From Phoronis australis (Eukaryota > Animalia > Phoronida), in contig NMRA01000048.1 in assembly GCA_002633005.1 (NCBI GenBank), positions 624,303 to 688,302 of the forward strand: a DNA stretch of 64,000 nucleotides, in the 5' to 3' direction. Both the position numbers and the translations under genes were made by a program. The notes under the pieces are model-generated. The model ran no database searches. It had not been told where the DNA came from and was given only the letters and a program-made list of their open reading frames with translations. Of this stretch, positions 25,661 to 38,671 are shown in pieces; position 1 is the first letter of the stretch; the number at the start of each line of letters is the position of its first letter.

Positions 25661-27038
25661 ATTTCTTGAATGAGTCATGCTGGTCTTGTAACCGTTCATC
25701 CGGAGTGTGTAACCACAGTGCTCTGGGTGGGTGAAATGATGGGAGGCTTAGCCGCAGTATTGCGCGTTTCAGGAGCATGGTTAGGCGGTGTTGGTCAGAC
25801 CTCAGACAGTGGTTCGCGGGTGGTAACGTTCAGCATTATTTTGTCAGGTACACTGGTTTGGAGAAGCAAGGTATCTCTGGTGTCGGGATCTGTGGCCATC
25901 TGAGCTGGTGAGGAGGCGAATCTCATGATTGTGCCATGGTCCTGCACTTGTTGAGGTCTAAGCAGGATGCGGTTGCTGCGAAGTATGCGACTGCTTGTCT
26001 CGCATTATACCGTATATGACCATGGTTCTGGGCCTACTCCGATGATGGTGCCAGGTGGCCAATTCTTCATGGCTGTTGTGTTGTGTATTTTCAATAAAAT
26101 ACAAGAGACTGGTAGCCATAGCTCAGCCATTTATTGGGTGAACACTAGAGAGCATAGTGTGCAGCGCCCTTCTACATCACATATATGAACTACCAAACTA
26201 CATACATATGAAGTGATATCCTATAACATCCCTCGCTTTCACAATAGTTTATAACATGTGATTACAGGATGAATGTACACATCACTACGGTGATTAATTG
26301 ACATATATATATATATACGTTCAAAATGAGCTCTGAACTACCGGTAATTCTATTTGAAACAATATGTTTACGAACACTGCAAATGTATATATTATAGGCG
26401 TGTAATGCTGAACATGTTATATCTGGTGAATGTTACATGTCTCTACTGTACTAGTAGCCTTACATCTCTTCAATTATTCTACTGGGTTTCGTGCTAGTTC
26501 TACAGGACTGTCTAATAGTTGGGTTGGACATTCGACGAGGGTACCTCTCGTTCGACATTTTCTTTAAACCTAACATGCTTTGAGGTGGTTTGACTGGTTT
26601 CATTGCCCATGTCCTGATTAACAGATTCACTGAGGTGTAATTTCTTGGCAGCTTCTGGACTGAGTTCTTGTAAGAACCTGCGAACAATGCTGCCATTGGG
26701 TGTCAACACCAAATAAGATCTACAGGGTAGGCTCTTTGCACTTATTTGTTATCGTGCCTGGGACCCAACTCGTTTTATCATCTTTTTGGACCAGCACCTT
26801 CATACCTGGGAGCAATTCAGACATTTCAGAGCCTGCATGGGAATTGTATCTATTAGCTGACTCTGAACTTAGGTACTTCATTCTGTCTCTTACATCAAGC
26901 CAACTACCTTTGAAGTCTGACTTGACTGGAAGATTTGAATTGATTTTTCTACCAAACAATAGTTCAGCTGGGCTCGGAATTTGATTGTCAACAGGTGTCA
27001 CCCTGAGACACAATAAAGCTGTCTGAGGATCCGTGCCG

Positions 27039-28847
27039 TGTATAGTTTGTTGTTGTAGCGTTGAGAGTGTACACAAGCAATAACTATCAGACTGGCTTGA
27101 CTGACATGCCTTTATTTCTACATGGCTGAACCCGAAGCACCGGTAAAAACTATCTAACGATTAACTCAGAGATAAGTTAGTAAACATTCAATCACACATC
27201 CCCCTTCTAAAGTTTTGAAGAAACTACTTAAACTAAGCCCTAAAGATATAAGTCCATCTTAAAACTTAGAACGTTCAATAGAGTCACTCTTCAATGAGGC
27301 GCTCAGGTCCATTCCGAGGAGGGCTAGATCTTCTAAGCTGCGTCAGTTGGGTTTGTTCTAAATCTGGTGTCCGCAGTGTTTCCTGGTTGTTCACTGGTGC
27401 CTCCTGTTGTGCGGATGCTGAAGGTGGTTTGTACAGGTCACGTCGGTTACCACGACCTTCTGCTCCTTCATCTGTCTGAACCAGGTAAGACCGTGTTGAC
27501 ACTTATTCGCGTACTGTGGCCTTGTCGTCCCACTTCTTCGACACGTGGTCGTACACGTTTACTTTGTCACCAACGTGTAGAGGGGGTAGAGCTCTCATGT
27601 TCTGATCGTAGTAGTCTTTGCGTTTGTCGTTTTGAGACAACTTAAACTCAACCACATTTTTAGAGTTTTCTACCTTTAGTAATGCTGGATGGACAGGAAC
27701 ACTGGTTCTGACTTTTCTTCCCATCAGCAACTGGGCAGGAGATAAGCCACATGATATAGGTGTGGCTCGATATGCTTGCAAAGCCTTATACATGTCCACG
27801 TTCTTCTCGAGCAAATGTTTGACTTGTTTCACGGAGCTTTCCGCTAAACCGTTTGAGGCAGGGTAGTGTGGACTAGACGTGATATGTTGAAAGTCCCACT
27901 CTTTGCTGAAGTTCTTGAACTCCGACGAACTATATTGCGGGCCGTTATACGAAATAACCACGTCAGGCGTTCCATGGCGAGCAAACATGGACTTCATCGC
28001 TGCTATCACTGCACCACTAGTTGTAGACTGCAGGTACGATATTTCCAGGTACAGAGAATAGTAATCGGTTACTATTACGTACTGTCTCTGTTTGATCTGG
28101 AACAGGTCAGATCCAACCCTTTGCCAGGGTCTTGTAGGTACTTCATGGGGTTGTAGAGGTTCCGCTGCTTGTCGAGGAAGGTAGGTTTGGCAGGTAGAAC
28201 AATTCTGAAGCATCTGAGCTATGTCCGCATTCATTCCGGGCCAATACAACAATTCTCTTCCTCTACGTCTACACTTTTCAATTCCCATGTGTCTTTCATG
28301 AATCCTCAATAGCATTAAGTTTTCTCAGTGACTTAGGTGTGACGAGTTTACATCCCTTAAGCACTAGTCCATTTGCAACAGACAGTTCTTTTCGAACATT
28401 CCAATAGTTGCTGGTGCCTGTAGGGCATTCACTTTTACTTTGCGGCCATCCGTCTAAGATGACAGCCATAAGGTTTGTCAGTTCTGTGTCTTTGGAGGTC
28501 TCCTTGATTTCGTCTATTCTCGCGTCCGAGATCTGCATGGTGCGGAAAACCATATCAATGTAGCAGTTAATGTCGTCTTCCGAGGTTGTCTGGTTTACTG
28601 TCTTTTCTGGTGCTCTCGAAAGCGTATCAGCGGCTGCAAGATGTTTTCCAGGTGTGTACTCGACCTTCAGGTCATATTGCTGCAACCGTAGCAACATCCG
28701 TTGTATTCTTAGTGGACAGTCGATGAGTGCTTTCTGAAATATATTCACTGAAGGCTTGTGGTCTGTTTCTGCAACCACTGTTGCACCATATATAAAAACT
28801 ATCTAACGATTAACACAGAGATAAGTTAGTAAACATATAATCACACA
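27039..28847 (-). mobile_element. Gypsy element F, nested in the integrase of D; 5'-deleted
   Basis: 3' LTR 27039-27198 with PPT; 53-bp 5' LTR remnant 28795-28847; flanks TGCCG/TGCCT; RNaseH end and INT ORFs 28296-28778, 27503-28315 and 27284-27502. Confidence 0.88.
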
Positions 28848-29319
28848 TGCCTTATTGAGCACAGGCTTAATAACACCGACCATGCGTTCGATAAAACCAT
28901 TGCTCTGTGGATACCTGGGGCTACTTGTGATATGTTCGAATTCCCACTTAAGAGCAAAATTCCTAAATTCTGCTGAAGCATATTGTGGTCCATTATCTGA
29001 GTACATTATTTTGGGTATGCCGTGAACAGCAAAGAGGTCTTTGCAAAACTTAATGACTTCTCTGGCTAACTCATCTTTCACAGCTCTTGCAAATGGCATT
29101 TTACTGAACTGATCCACTAACAGTATGTACTTGTCACCAGTGTCAACCGGAAGTAGTCACTGTGGAGTACTTCCCATGGTTGACAAGGAATTTCGTGGGC
29201 CATCATAGGCTCCTTAGGATTGCTTTTGGCGTTTTGTAAGCAAATCGTACAATCCTTCACTAACCGAGTGATATCTGAAGTCATATTGGGCCAATATACC
29301 GATTCTTTTGCTCTGAGTA

Positions 29320-31435
29320 CCCATACGAAAAAGTGCACTGGACTTTCAGTTGGGACAGGAATTGAATTCAATTGAGGTTCAATTGAGATTCAATTGAAAT
29401 TCAATTGAAGTTTTCCCATGTAAATGAATTGATTCAATTCATTAGCATATTCAATAGCCATTCAATAGGAATTCAATAGCCGTTCAATAGCCATTCAATT
29501 CTCCATGCAGTACAGGATCATCCCATATTCAATAACGATTCAATAGCCATTCAATAGCCGTTCAATGGCCATTCAATTTTTCTAACTATACAGAATAATT
29601 TGAATTTCAAGTATTTTCTATAATAAATTAACTCTTTCAAAAATAGGATGTATTGTTGTTAACCTGTTCAAGAGATAAGAACAGTTCACAATCTTCATTC
29701 AACAACCTGGTATGCATGAATACAATCAAATCATAGACAACTGAACATTTTGAAACCTTAAATCGAAACTTGCACAAGTATTACAATTATCATACAGCAT
29801 CAGTCAAAGAAAAACAAAAACAGAGCCTTAGGCATTTGAAAAGTAGCAGCCTTTGTAAACATTTTGAAGAATCTAATGCTGACTAATTGTAGATTGTTTT
29901 TTCAACATTTGTATGCTGAGCCTCGTACATGAAATAATCATATAACACTATGAACTTAGTTGAACACATCCATACGTTGAAGGGTAAATGAGTATTTTAT
30001 ATTCAGTTAGCTAAACAAATGTAGGCGATAAGATAAAAAATAATAATTTCAGGCATACAAAGCTATAGCAGCAAAATATTAGTTGTCTGAAAAGCGTGGT
30101 CCACATGTGATACCAAATCTTTAAATGTCGGCATTGTACAGCCTTTCATGGTCTCTGCAGAACTCTGGAGTCCGCACTTTTCAGAGCACTGAGACTTGAT
30201 ATAATCCATTAATTTGAGGTATCTGTCCACAACAGGAACTGATGACCGGCACAGTGTTGGTAGGTCAGTGGACATTAACTCCCAAGAGTTATAGTCTTTT
30301 CACTTCATCATGCATATTTTCAAAGTCTTCTTCTGTACTAAAAAAGTTGAAAAATATCCAGTTAGAGGGTATCAAATAAAGTATTAAGTAAATTTGAATT
30401 TTGTATTGAGCTTGTCGCTCAGGAAATACATGAATGCATTCTTGTTTAATTAGCCATAGTCTTTAGAAAATTTAATATGCTTTTGACTAAGATCATTAAT
30501 AAGGGGGTTATTTGTTACACTAATGGAAACTCATAGCTGAAGTTTGATTTTTAGTCCTATGAGCAGAACAGTTAATTAAACCATACTGCAGAGACACTAC
30601 GGGTAGATGACTGGTGGCAATGGCAAACCTCTAATACCCGATACATCTCTTACTTAGTCTCTATAGCTCAATTATTTAGTTTCAGTTCATGTAACCAAAA
30701 TAAAAATTTACTTTTCTCTCATTGCTCTGATGTGAGAATTTTAACACAGAATCATAAAAACGTGTTTCTTAAGTCTCAAGTAATTAATGTCAATAAAATA
30801 TGTTAGGTCAAAACACGATTAACTGAAATCTGTCTGTGCTCTACTACATAACTTCCATAACCTTAATCAATTGAATCAGTTAAAAAAACTTCCGTTTTGT
30901 TTGCAAGTCTAAAGCTACTCATTCATATGTGAAACATAAATGTCACTTAACAATCAAATTGACAAAAATACAATGTTGAAATCAAAAACTCACCATTTAA
31001 TGTATCCAGTTCTTCACTATCCATGCAGAGTTTATGCTAGACCAAAACCGTTTGAAAGGGTTTGAAAATCTTAAAGGTCACTTTCCAGGAATGTTACCTT
31101 GACAACCAATTGGTAACACAGGTTTAAAATAAACATTGCTGGTAACTTGCTAAATCAAACCATCCAGAAATTCCTTAAGTCCTCAAATTCAATAACTATT
31201 CAATTCCGAACTGCCAAAATTTTCCTAAGTCCTGGAATTCAATAGCCATTCAATACAGAACAGCTAAAAATTTTCTAAGTGCAGAAATTCAATAGCCGTT
31301 CAATAGCCATTCAATTGACGGCAAGGGAAGTGCCAATTGAATTTTCATTCAATAGACATATTCAATAGAACTTCAATTTTCTATTGAATTTCAATTGAAT
31401 CTCAATTGAAACTCAACTTTTCCTTTTTGTATGGG
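29320..31435. mobile_element. Non-autonomous CACTA/EnSpm-like DNA transposon in the integrase of D
   Basis: TIRs CCCATACGAAAAAG/CTTTTTGTATGGG; TA TSD; dense subterminal TTCAATAGCC/TTCAATTGA repeats; removal restores HASHLGQTKC-I-LRAKESVYWP. Confidence 0.85.
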
Positions 31436-33927
31436 TATACATTTGGTCTGACCTAAATGACTAGCGTGAATGCGATCAAGATATTCATTCCTCATACTCG
31501 AAGGGATAACTAGTCGAGGGCCATCGTAATCCATCTTCTACAGATAGGAAATCTCTGTTAGACCAATAGCTACGCATAGTTTTCGGAACTAACTTTGCTT
31601 CATCCGGCCATCCTTTGTTCAGCTAGACTACTAAGCTCATCATCAGCTCTCGATGCAGTTCTCACGTTTTCCAACTGCCCTTTGATACTTGAATAACATG
31701 TATAGTTTTATCAATCTCTATAGTTAAACCAGTGGTTGGGGACACTCGTGAGAGATAGTCAGCATAGCACATTTTGTTACCTGGCCTGTAACAAAGGCTC
31801 ACGTCATAGGGTTGTATTCTCAATAACATTCTCTGCAATCTTGGGGGTGCTTTATCAAGCTGTTTTAACTTGATATTCACAAGCGTCTTATGGTCACTAT
31901 AGATTGTGACTAGCTTGCCATACACGTAAGTGTGAAACTTCTCGAGGCCGTATACAACGGCTAAGAGTTCACGCTCAATGTTTGCATATCTGGATTCAGT
32001 AGGTGTCAAGGCTTTGGATGCAAATGCAATTGGTTTGCCGTTGTGAATTAAAGCAGCTCCTAAACCCTTCATTGAAGCATCTACTTCATTCTGTACGGGA
32101 GTCTTAGGGTCAAAATACTGCAACTCCATATCAGAGTTTACTGCATTTTGCAGTTCTTTGAAAGCTAATTGGTGTTCGGCACACCATTCCCATTCAGAAT
32201 GTTTTTTGCAAAGTTGTCTTAGTATGTGGGTCTTGTTAGCTATTTCGGTATGAACGGTGCAAGGTACTGTACTAATCCAAGGAAGCTTTGTAATTCCTGG
32301 ACATTTTTGGGTGCATCCTTGCTTTTTAGTGCGTTGCATTTGCTGGGGTCGGGCTTCATGCCATCCCGTGACCAGATAAGGCCAAAGAAGGTGACTGATT
32401 CCTGTCGAATTTTGCACTTTTCAGCCCTTAGGACAAGTCCATGTTGCCTGGCAGCTGCTATGACTCTATGCAAGGCCTTGTCATGATCCTCTATGTTATT
32501 GCCATAAACTACTAGGTCATCTGCTATGCCTAGGACACCATGGCCAGTCGTCCTAATGACGTCATCCATGTGTTTCTGAAAGATATCTTGCGATGAGTCC
32601 AAAGGGTACTTTCCGAAAGGACTCTGGAAAGTACACAGGTTACTACTGTGTCCGTCAAGTTCGATTCCCCAGTAGCCATGTTTTGCATCTAGCTTGGAGA
32701 AAACTGTGGACCCGTGCAAGTTGTGGCTAATTTCTTCAAGCGTAGGGGTTTTGTGATAGGTATACGCTTTATAGCTAAGTTGAGATCCTTAGGATCAATA
32801 CATACTCTTAATTCGCCATTGGGTTTTCTGGCAAATGCTAGACAGTTAACCCATTCACTAGCCAAAGAATCGTCAACTTTTGCTATCACACCCAGGTTCT
32901 GCATTTCATTAAGCTTGGCCGTCAGTTAACTGAATTGGGTATTTGCGGGGTGATGCTACGACAGGCTCTACCTTAGGTTCCAGTTCTATGCGAAACTTTC
33001 CTGGCTTGTGACCTATTCCCATGAAACATTCAGGATACAACTCTATCAAGGTTTCACAATCAGGGATTGGAGTTTTAGAAGCTTGGGTCTGAGGGGAGGG
33101 CTTACCGTCTACATATGATATGTTTTTGCTATGCGAGACTGATATTATACCTAGTCTCTCAGACATACCACAAGATAGAATGGCAGGGCCATCCGTAGCG
33201 CACACGTAAAACCTACTATTTACCCACTCAGAGTTATCTAATTTGACATCTAGATCAATACAGCCTAACTGTGGTACGTTAGAAACATTAACTGCCGTTA
33301 GTTTGACATTAGATGGATGAGAGATTCATAACCATCAGGGTACATTTGTTTGACACATCGTACGGGTAGGATACTACCGTTTGCACCAGTGTCGGCTTTT
33401 ACACACAGTGTGATGTTATGGTAGTTGTTGGGTGCCCTAACATCAAGTTTGGCATAAATGCTTTGCCTTAAACTATCAATTACAACAAATTCACCACATT
33501 CTAAGGTACTGAAGTCATTGCTTAATTCTTTGTCCACAGCACCAACAGATCTGTTTGTGTTCTTCTTGCCGTTGTGCTTCTCGCTGGGCCTCCTTTTGCG
33601 TGATGATCTCTTTCGCTGCGATGTAGATCTCTCCTTACGGTTCTTGTAGCATTTGTTTCCTGAGTGATTTGGTTTGCCGCAGAGCTCGCAATTTTTTCCA
33701 TACACTGGACACTGTTTGGGCGGGTGGTTTGTGCCGCAAAAACGACACTCACGACAGCTGCTTCGGCGGAATTCATGGACTGACGCGTCCAGTTGTGGGT
33801 CGAAGCATTTCGTGTTTCTGGTCGTGGCTTCAAATGCGCGTGCACATGTAACGGCATCAGCTAGTTTAAGATCGTTTCCTTTAGCAATCAGCAATGCCTT
33901 TAATTATTTGAAAAGATAGTTGCATAT

Positions 33928-36900
33928 AGTTGATGTTGCCGGATTTTGTATATGATAAAATAAACACAGTCTTAGACGGAAGCCATCTTTATTTCAACTC
34001 CCTCCACTAGCACCACCTAACAGTTACATAACTAACTACTCAACACCTTCCCCGTCTAGTTTTTTTTTTTTTTAAAACTCAAAAACGTTAACAGAAAAAA
34101 AATGATAAAGCTTATAGAAAACAAAGGTTGATACTAAAGTACATCAATGCTTGCTTACAGCAAACAGAAGCATCCTACAACCCCTGAGTGTAATGATGTT
34201 ACTATGTCTAAAACACTTATTCTAGAAACCGTTTAGGAGTTTTCACTTGACGGCCGGAACGGGTGACATAATAGGACCTATCACTGCTTGCAACGATGGG
34301 TGGTGTTGGTGGGCCATTTTCGTTGGTAGAATGATTCTCAGAGAGGTCTGACTCCACCGTAGGCAAATTATTTTGAATGTTAATAGGCATAGGTGTCACC
34401 ACCGGAAGCAGGGGTGGGTTATACACCTGCTTGTGCATGCTCTCAAACTCAGAGTCTTGGTATCCCTGAACTACAGGATTTGATGGAGGCGCAGCAAGTC
34501 TCACTTGGGCTCTATTTCTACGAACCTGGCCGCGAGGTGTGTTAACAACATATGAACGCGGAGAATCATTACCTGCAACCTGCCCATAAGCCCAAGGACC
34601 AGATTTATTATGCGGAGAAGGTTTAACATAAACAAAATCACCTGAACGTATATCAGGTACATCACATCTGATATCCTTATTATAGTTTAACGCAGCCCTT
34701 TGCCGTTTCTGCTCAATCTCAGACGAAACTAACGGAGAATACGCTGGAGTTAACAGTGACCTAGGAGTCGGAAGAGTACTTCTCGTTCGGCGACCCATAC
34801 ACCGCTGTGCTGGACTCAACGTGTGACCCTGCTGAGGAGTATTACGATAGTACAACAACCCTAAAGTGACATCATCACATTTTTTAACAAGGGATTTAAA
34901 CACCTTCACTGCCGACTCCGCTTTTCCATTACCCTGGGGCCAGTAGGGAGACGAAGTTTTATGTTCAATGGAATACATTGAGCAAAACGACGAAAATTCA
35001 CGACTGATATACTGTGGCGCATTGTCAGTCAATAGTACTTCGGGTATCCCGTGACGTGCAAAGTGAGCCTTCGTTTTTTCAATTACTGTCATAGACAATG
35101 TATTTGGCAACAGGTCAATTTCAATAAAATCAGAAAAATGGTCAACCGTTACTAGGTACGCTTTCGAGTTGTACTCACATAAATCTTGGCTAACGAATTG
35201 CCATGGATACTGTGGTATCGGTTGTGTCAACATAGGCTGCTTTGGGTTCTCTGAAGCAAATTGTGCACATTTACCACAAGCAGAACAATAATCTGTGATA
35301 TCAGCCCTCATACCCGGCCAGTAAATAATATCCTTGCACAACCTTATGCAACTTTCAGCACCAGCATGAGAGGAATGTATACGCTTCAGCATGTCCCGCC
35401 GAAGCGAAGCAGGTACAACAGCCTGTAAGCCCCGATAAACTATACCGTCCTGGACAGACATCTCGTCTCTTATTGACCAAAAAGGAGCAAGTTGCATGGG
35501 TAGTTTTGATTTAGAATTTGGCCAACCATGTTGAATAACAGAACACAATTCTGTCAGCAAGGAATCAGAGGCTGTTCTTTGTTGTAACTCTTTCATGGTA
35601 CTCGATGACAGCTGGGGATTATGTTCAGAGTCACAAAGAACTTTATCTACTCGAAATAGTTCAAAACTGTTAGGCTTAGCCTCGTTAAGAGCTAGAAGAG
35701 GGGCTCTAGACAAAGTATCCGCAATAAGTAGTGAAGTACCTTTCTTATAAATCACTGTCAGATTGTATCTCTGCAATCGCAACATTATTTTTTGCAACCT
35801 ACGGGGGGCTTTCGCAAGGGGCTTCTTAAATATTGTTTCTAGGGGCTGGTGATCCGTGTGTACAGTTACTTGTTTCCCGTATATCCAAAGGTCCCATTTC
35901 TCACAAGCAGAACAAATTGCAAGTGCTTCCTTTTCAATTTGGGCCCACATTAGTTCATTGGGGCGCAAAGTGCACGAGACAAACGCAACAGGCTGCAACT
36001 TACCACAAGTCGCAGGCTGAAGGAGGGCACCACCTAAACCAGAGTCTGAAGCATCCACCTGAAGGACAATCGGTTTAGTGTAATCAAAATAAGCCAAACA
36101 AGGGGCATTCGTGATCATCTTTTTAGTTTTTTGAAATGCTTGTTGTGCAACCTTAGACCAAACAAACATGGAATCTCTCCTAGTCAAATCGTACAGTGGC
36201 TTGACAACAGATGACAAGTTTGGGCAAAAACTACCAAGATAGTTGACCATCCCTAGAAATCGTTCTACACCCTTTTTTTCAGTGGGGGCAGGCATGTCAT
36301 TTATGGCTTTAACCTTGTTAGGATCAGCCTTAACACCAGACTCAGTAATTTGATGGCCCATGAAATTGATAGACTTGAGTTTAAATTGAACTTTATTTGG
36401 ATTTAGTTTTAAACATCTGCTCTGGGCTCTTTCCATGAGTCTCACAACATTTGCGTCATGATCACGTTCAGCCTCCGCTGGACTGTCTCCAAGACCAAAG
36501 ATCAAAATATCATCAGCAATGCTTACAACACCCGGTAAACCATCTAATGCTTCATGGATGCGTTTCTGGAATTCCTCCGGGGCAGAAGATGCACCATAAG
36601 GTAACCTAAGCCATCTGTATCTACCCCAAGGCGTTTGCATTGTGGTGGTCAGGCTTGACTCGTCATCAAGGCGCACTTGGGTAAAACCATCCAAGGCATC
36701 GACAATAGTAAAACACTTGTATGCTTTAGGAGATAAGCGTGGTAGTAACTCATGAATAGTTGGAATCGTATACTTGGGTATGACAATAGCCTTATTGATT
36801 GTTTGACTAGGATCCAGACACAATCTTGTTTTAACATCACCTGACTCGGTGCGCTTCTCTACAACGTGCATGTTAGAGCACCAATCAGTTGGCTCATCGA

Positions 36901-38671
36901 CCTTAACAAGTTTGCCAGATGCAACCATCTCATTTAATTTAGCTTTCACCCTTTCACGTTTTGCAACTGGTAATCGGTGAATGGGTGCATGAACTGGGGT
37001 TACAGAGGGATCCATCGTGAATTTTACAGGTTGACCTACATCACCCAAACCCCGAAAATTATCTGGATATTTATCAAATAGCAAATCTTTTGTGAGAGGG
37101 CGATCAGTGAGAACAGTGTTCACACCTACATCAGGTGTTTCCTGTTTCAAATTGGGGCCATAGACTCGAGTTTTGTCATAATCAATCAGCTGCATTTTAA
37201 GAGCAGTTTGGTTCCCAAGCAATGCCATTTTAGATGACGATACAACCTCAACCTCAAAAGTATCAAATTTAGTACCCGTGTCACAAATCAGAGTGGCTTT
37301 CCCAACAGGCAATACCGTGTGGCCAGAATAGGATTGAAGGCGTGCTTGAGATGGAGTTAAGCTCTTAATATCCCCTAATTGTTTGAAAAGTTCGACTGGC
37401 ATCGTATTGCAAGTTGCGGCCGAATCAAGCTGGAAGGGTATTTTAGAGAACTTTTTACCATCAACTGACATTGACAAACTAGTGAATAATTTGTGAGGCA
37501 CATCATTGGCTACTAAATTCACATCATGAGTTAAACCTAAAGTATACTCAGCATTATTAGTTTGTTCAGTCCCCAAATGTTCATGTTCCACCATATTCAG
37601 TTGCTTTGAGTGTGACCCGCCTTGTCCTTGACCTTTGTACTGGCTTCTAGTATTTCGACAGACTCTAGCAAAATGATTAGGTCCATGGCACTTTAAGCAT
37701 GTAACTCCAGGCCGTGCAGCAGGACAGTTCACGCGAGTATGTTTCTCATTCGCTCCACAGAAACCGCAAAATATATTGTATTGCTTTGGCGCACGCGACT
37801 TATTTCTTGTCACAATTGACTCCTCGCGATCAGGCGCACGCGACTTGTGTGTCGTAAGGTTTACCGACTCCTCGAGACGTTGAGATTCCATGACCTTTTG
37901 ATTTATAGTGTTCGCGGCCTCGTATGCCTTGGCCTTGCTAACTACATCGGCTAAAGTAAAAACACTACCGTCCTCTTTGACATGCCTTAAAAGTTCTGCC
38001 CTCAACTGATCATCCAAAATACCAGTCACAAAACGGTCACGTAACAACTCTTGCTCCGGGTTTTTCATTGTGCTGTATTTACATTTTGATCCTAAATGTT
38101 TGATTCTCGACTCAAAGTCCGCAATCGATTCTCCACTTTTTTGTTTTCCCAATTCCAAAAATTTCATTCGATTGGCTAGAACCGTGTCCTGTGTACTATA
38201 CTGCTTTAGTAACATAGACTGCCACGTCCACGGAAAACCTTTATACAAGTCATCAAACCCGTCCTCAGGCGGAGTGTCAGTCATTGCTGGCACGAGAGTA
38301 GTCTTTAATATTTTCAACACTTCCATGGGAAGAGCTAGACGAAATGCGCAAATTTCCTCGGCATAACACTCCGGCTTCCAATGTCTCCTGTCGTCTGCTT
38401 CATACTCAGATTTCCGCCAACCCTGCAGTGTGCAAAAATCTCCAAATACCTCTAACCACAATTCAACTGACTCTCGCTTGTCATCACAAGCCTGCAGATC
38501 AAGCTTTGGTGGTTTAGTTTTTGACATTTTTCGCGATCCCACTCCTGACACCAAGTTGATGTTGCCGGATTTTGTATATGATAAAATAAACACAGTCTTA
38601 GACGGATGCCATCTTTATTTCAACTCCCTCCACTAGCACCACCTAACAGTTACATAACTAACTACTCAACA
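33928..38671 (-). mobile_element. Intact Gypsy element E (Mag/SURL-like), nested in the gag of D
   Basis: 118-bp LTRs 33928-34045 and 38554-38671 differing at 1 base; 4-bp TSD ATAT; 18-nt PBS TGGTGTCAGGAGTGGGAT (tRNA-Leu CAG-like); PPT GGGGAAGG. Confidence 0.97.
34217..38527 (-). CDS. Gag-Pol polyprotein of element E (~1436 aa)
   Basis: Single ORF with two CCHC knuckles, protease LDSAA, RT IADDIL, RNaseH VDAS, integrase HHCC and D,D(35)E (SQDL/TDNA/AESA); first ATG after the PBS is at 38527. Confidence 0.97.
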   Translation of the reverse strand: MSKTKPPKLDLQACDDKRESVELWLEVFGDFCTLQGWRKSEYEADDRRHWKPECYAEEICAFRLALPMEVLKILKTTLVPAMTDTPPEDGFDDLYKGFPWTWQSMLLKQYSTQDTVLANRMKFLELGKQKSGESIADFESRIKHLGSKCKYSTMKNPEQELLRDRFVTGILDDQLRAELLRHVKEDGSVFTLADVVSKAKAYEAANTINQKVMESQRLEESVNLTTHKSRAPDREESIVTRNKSRAPKQYNIFCGFCGANEKHTRVNCPAARPGVTCLKCHGPNHFARVCRNTRSQYKGQGQGGSHSKQLNMVEHEHLGTEQTNNAEYTLGLTHDVNLVANDVPHKLFTSLSMSVDGKKFSKIPFQLDSAATCNTMPVELFKQLGDIKSLTPSQARLQSYSGHTVLPVGKATLICDTGTKFDTFEVEVVSSSKMALLGNQTALKMQLIDYDKTRVYGPNLKQETPDVGVNTVLTDRPLTKDLLFDKYPDNFRGLGDVGQPVKFTMDPSVTPVHAPIHRLPVAKRERVKAKLNEMVASGKLVKVDEPTDWCSNMHVVEKRTESGDVKTRLCLDPSQTINKAIVIPKYTIPTIHELLPRLSPKAYKCFTIVDALDGFTQVRLDDESSLTTTMQTPWGRYRWLRLPYGASSAPEEFQKRIHEALDGLPGVVSIADDILIFGLGDSPAEAERDHDANVVRLMERAQSRCLKLNPNKVQFKLKSINFMGHQITESGVKADPNKVKAINDMPAPTEKKGVERFLGMVNYLGSFCPNLSSVVKPLYDLTRRDSMFVWSKVAQQAFQKTKKMITNAPCLAYFDYTKPIVLQVDASDSGLGGALLQPATCGKLQPVAFVSCTLRPNELMWAQIEKEALAICSACEKWDLWIYGKQVTVHTDHQPLETIFKKPLAKAPRRLQKIMLRLQRYNLTVIYKKGTSLLIADTLSRAPLLALNEAKPNSFELFRVDKVLCDSEHNPQLSSSTMKELQQRTASDSLLTELCSVIQHGWPNSKSKLPMQLAPFWSIRDEMSVQDGIVYRGLQAVVPASLRRDMLKRIHSSHAGAESCIRLCKDIIYWPGMRADITDYCSACGKCAQFASENPKQPMLTQPIPQYPWQFVSQDLCEYNSKAYLVTVDHFSDFIEIDLLPNTLSMTVIEKTKAHFARHGIPEVLLTDNAPQYISREFSSFCSMYSIEHKTSSPYWPQGNGKAESAVKVFKSLVKKCDDVTLGLLYYRNTPQQGHTLSPAQRCMGRRTRSTLPTPRSLLTPAYSPLVSSEIEQKRQRAALNYNKDIRCDVPDIRSGDFVYVKPSPHNKSGPWAYGQVAGNDSPRSYVVNTPRGQVRRNRAQVRLAAPPSNPVVQGYQDSEFESMHKQVYNPPLLPVVTPMPINIQNNLPTVESDLSENHSTNENGPPTPPIVASSDRSYYVTRSGRQVKTPKRFLE

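Noticed and set aside
38528-38593. N-terminal 22 aa of the 1458-aa ORF
   Set aside because: It runs through the LTR and PBS from a non-ATG codon; the likely start is the ATG at 38527.
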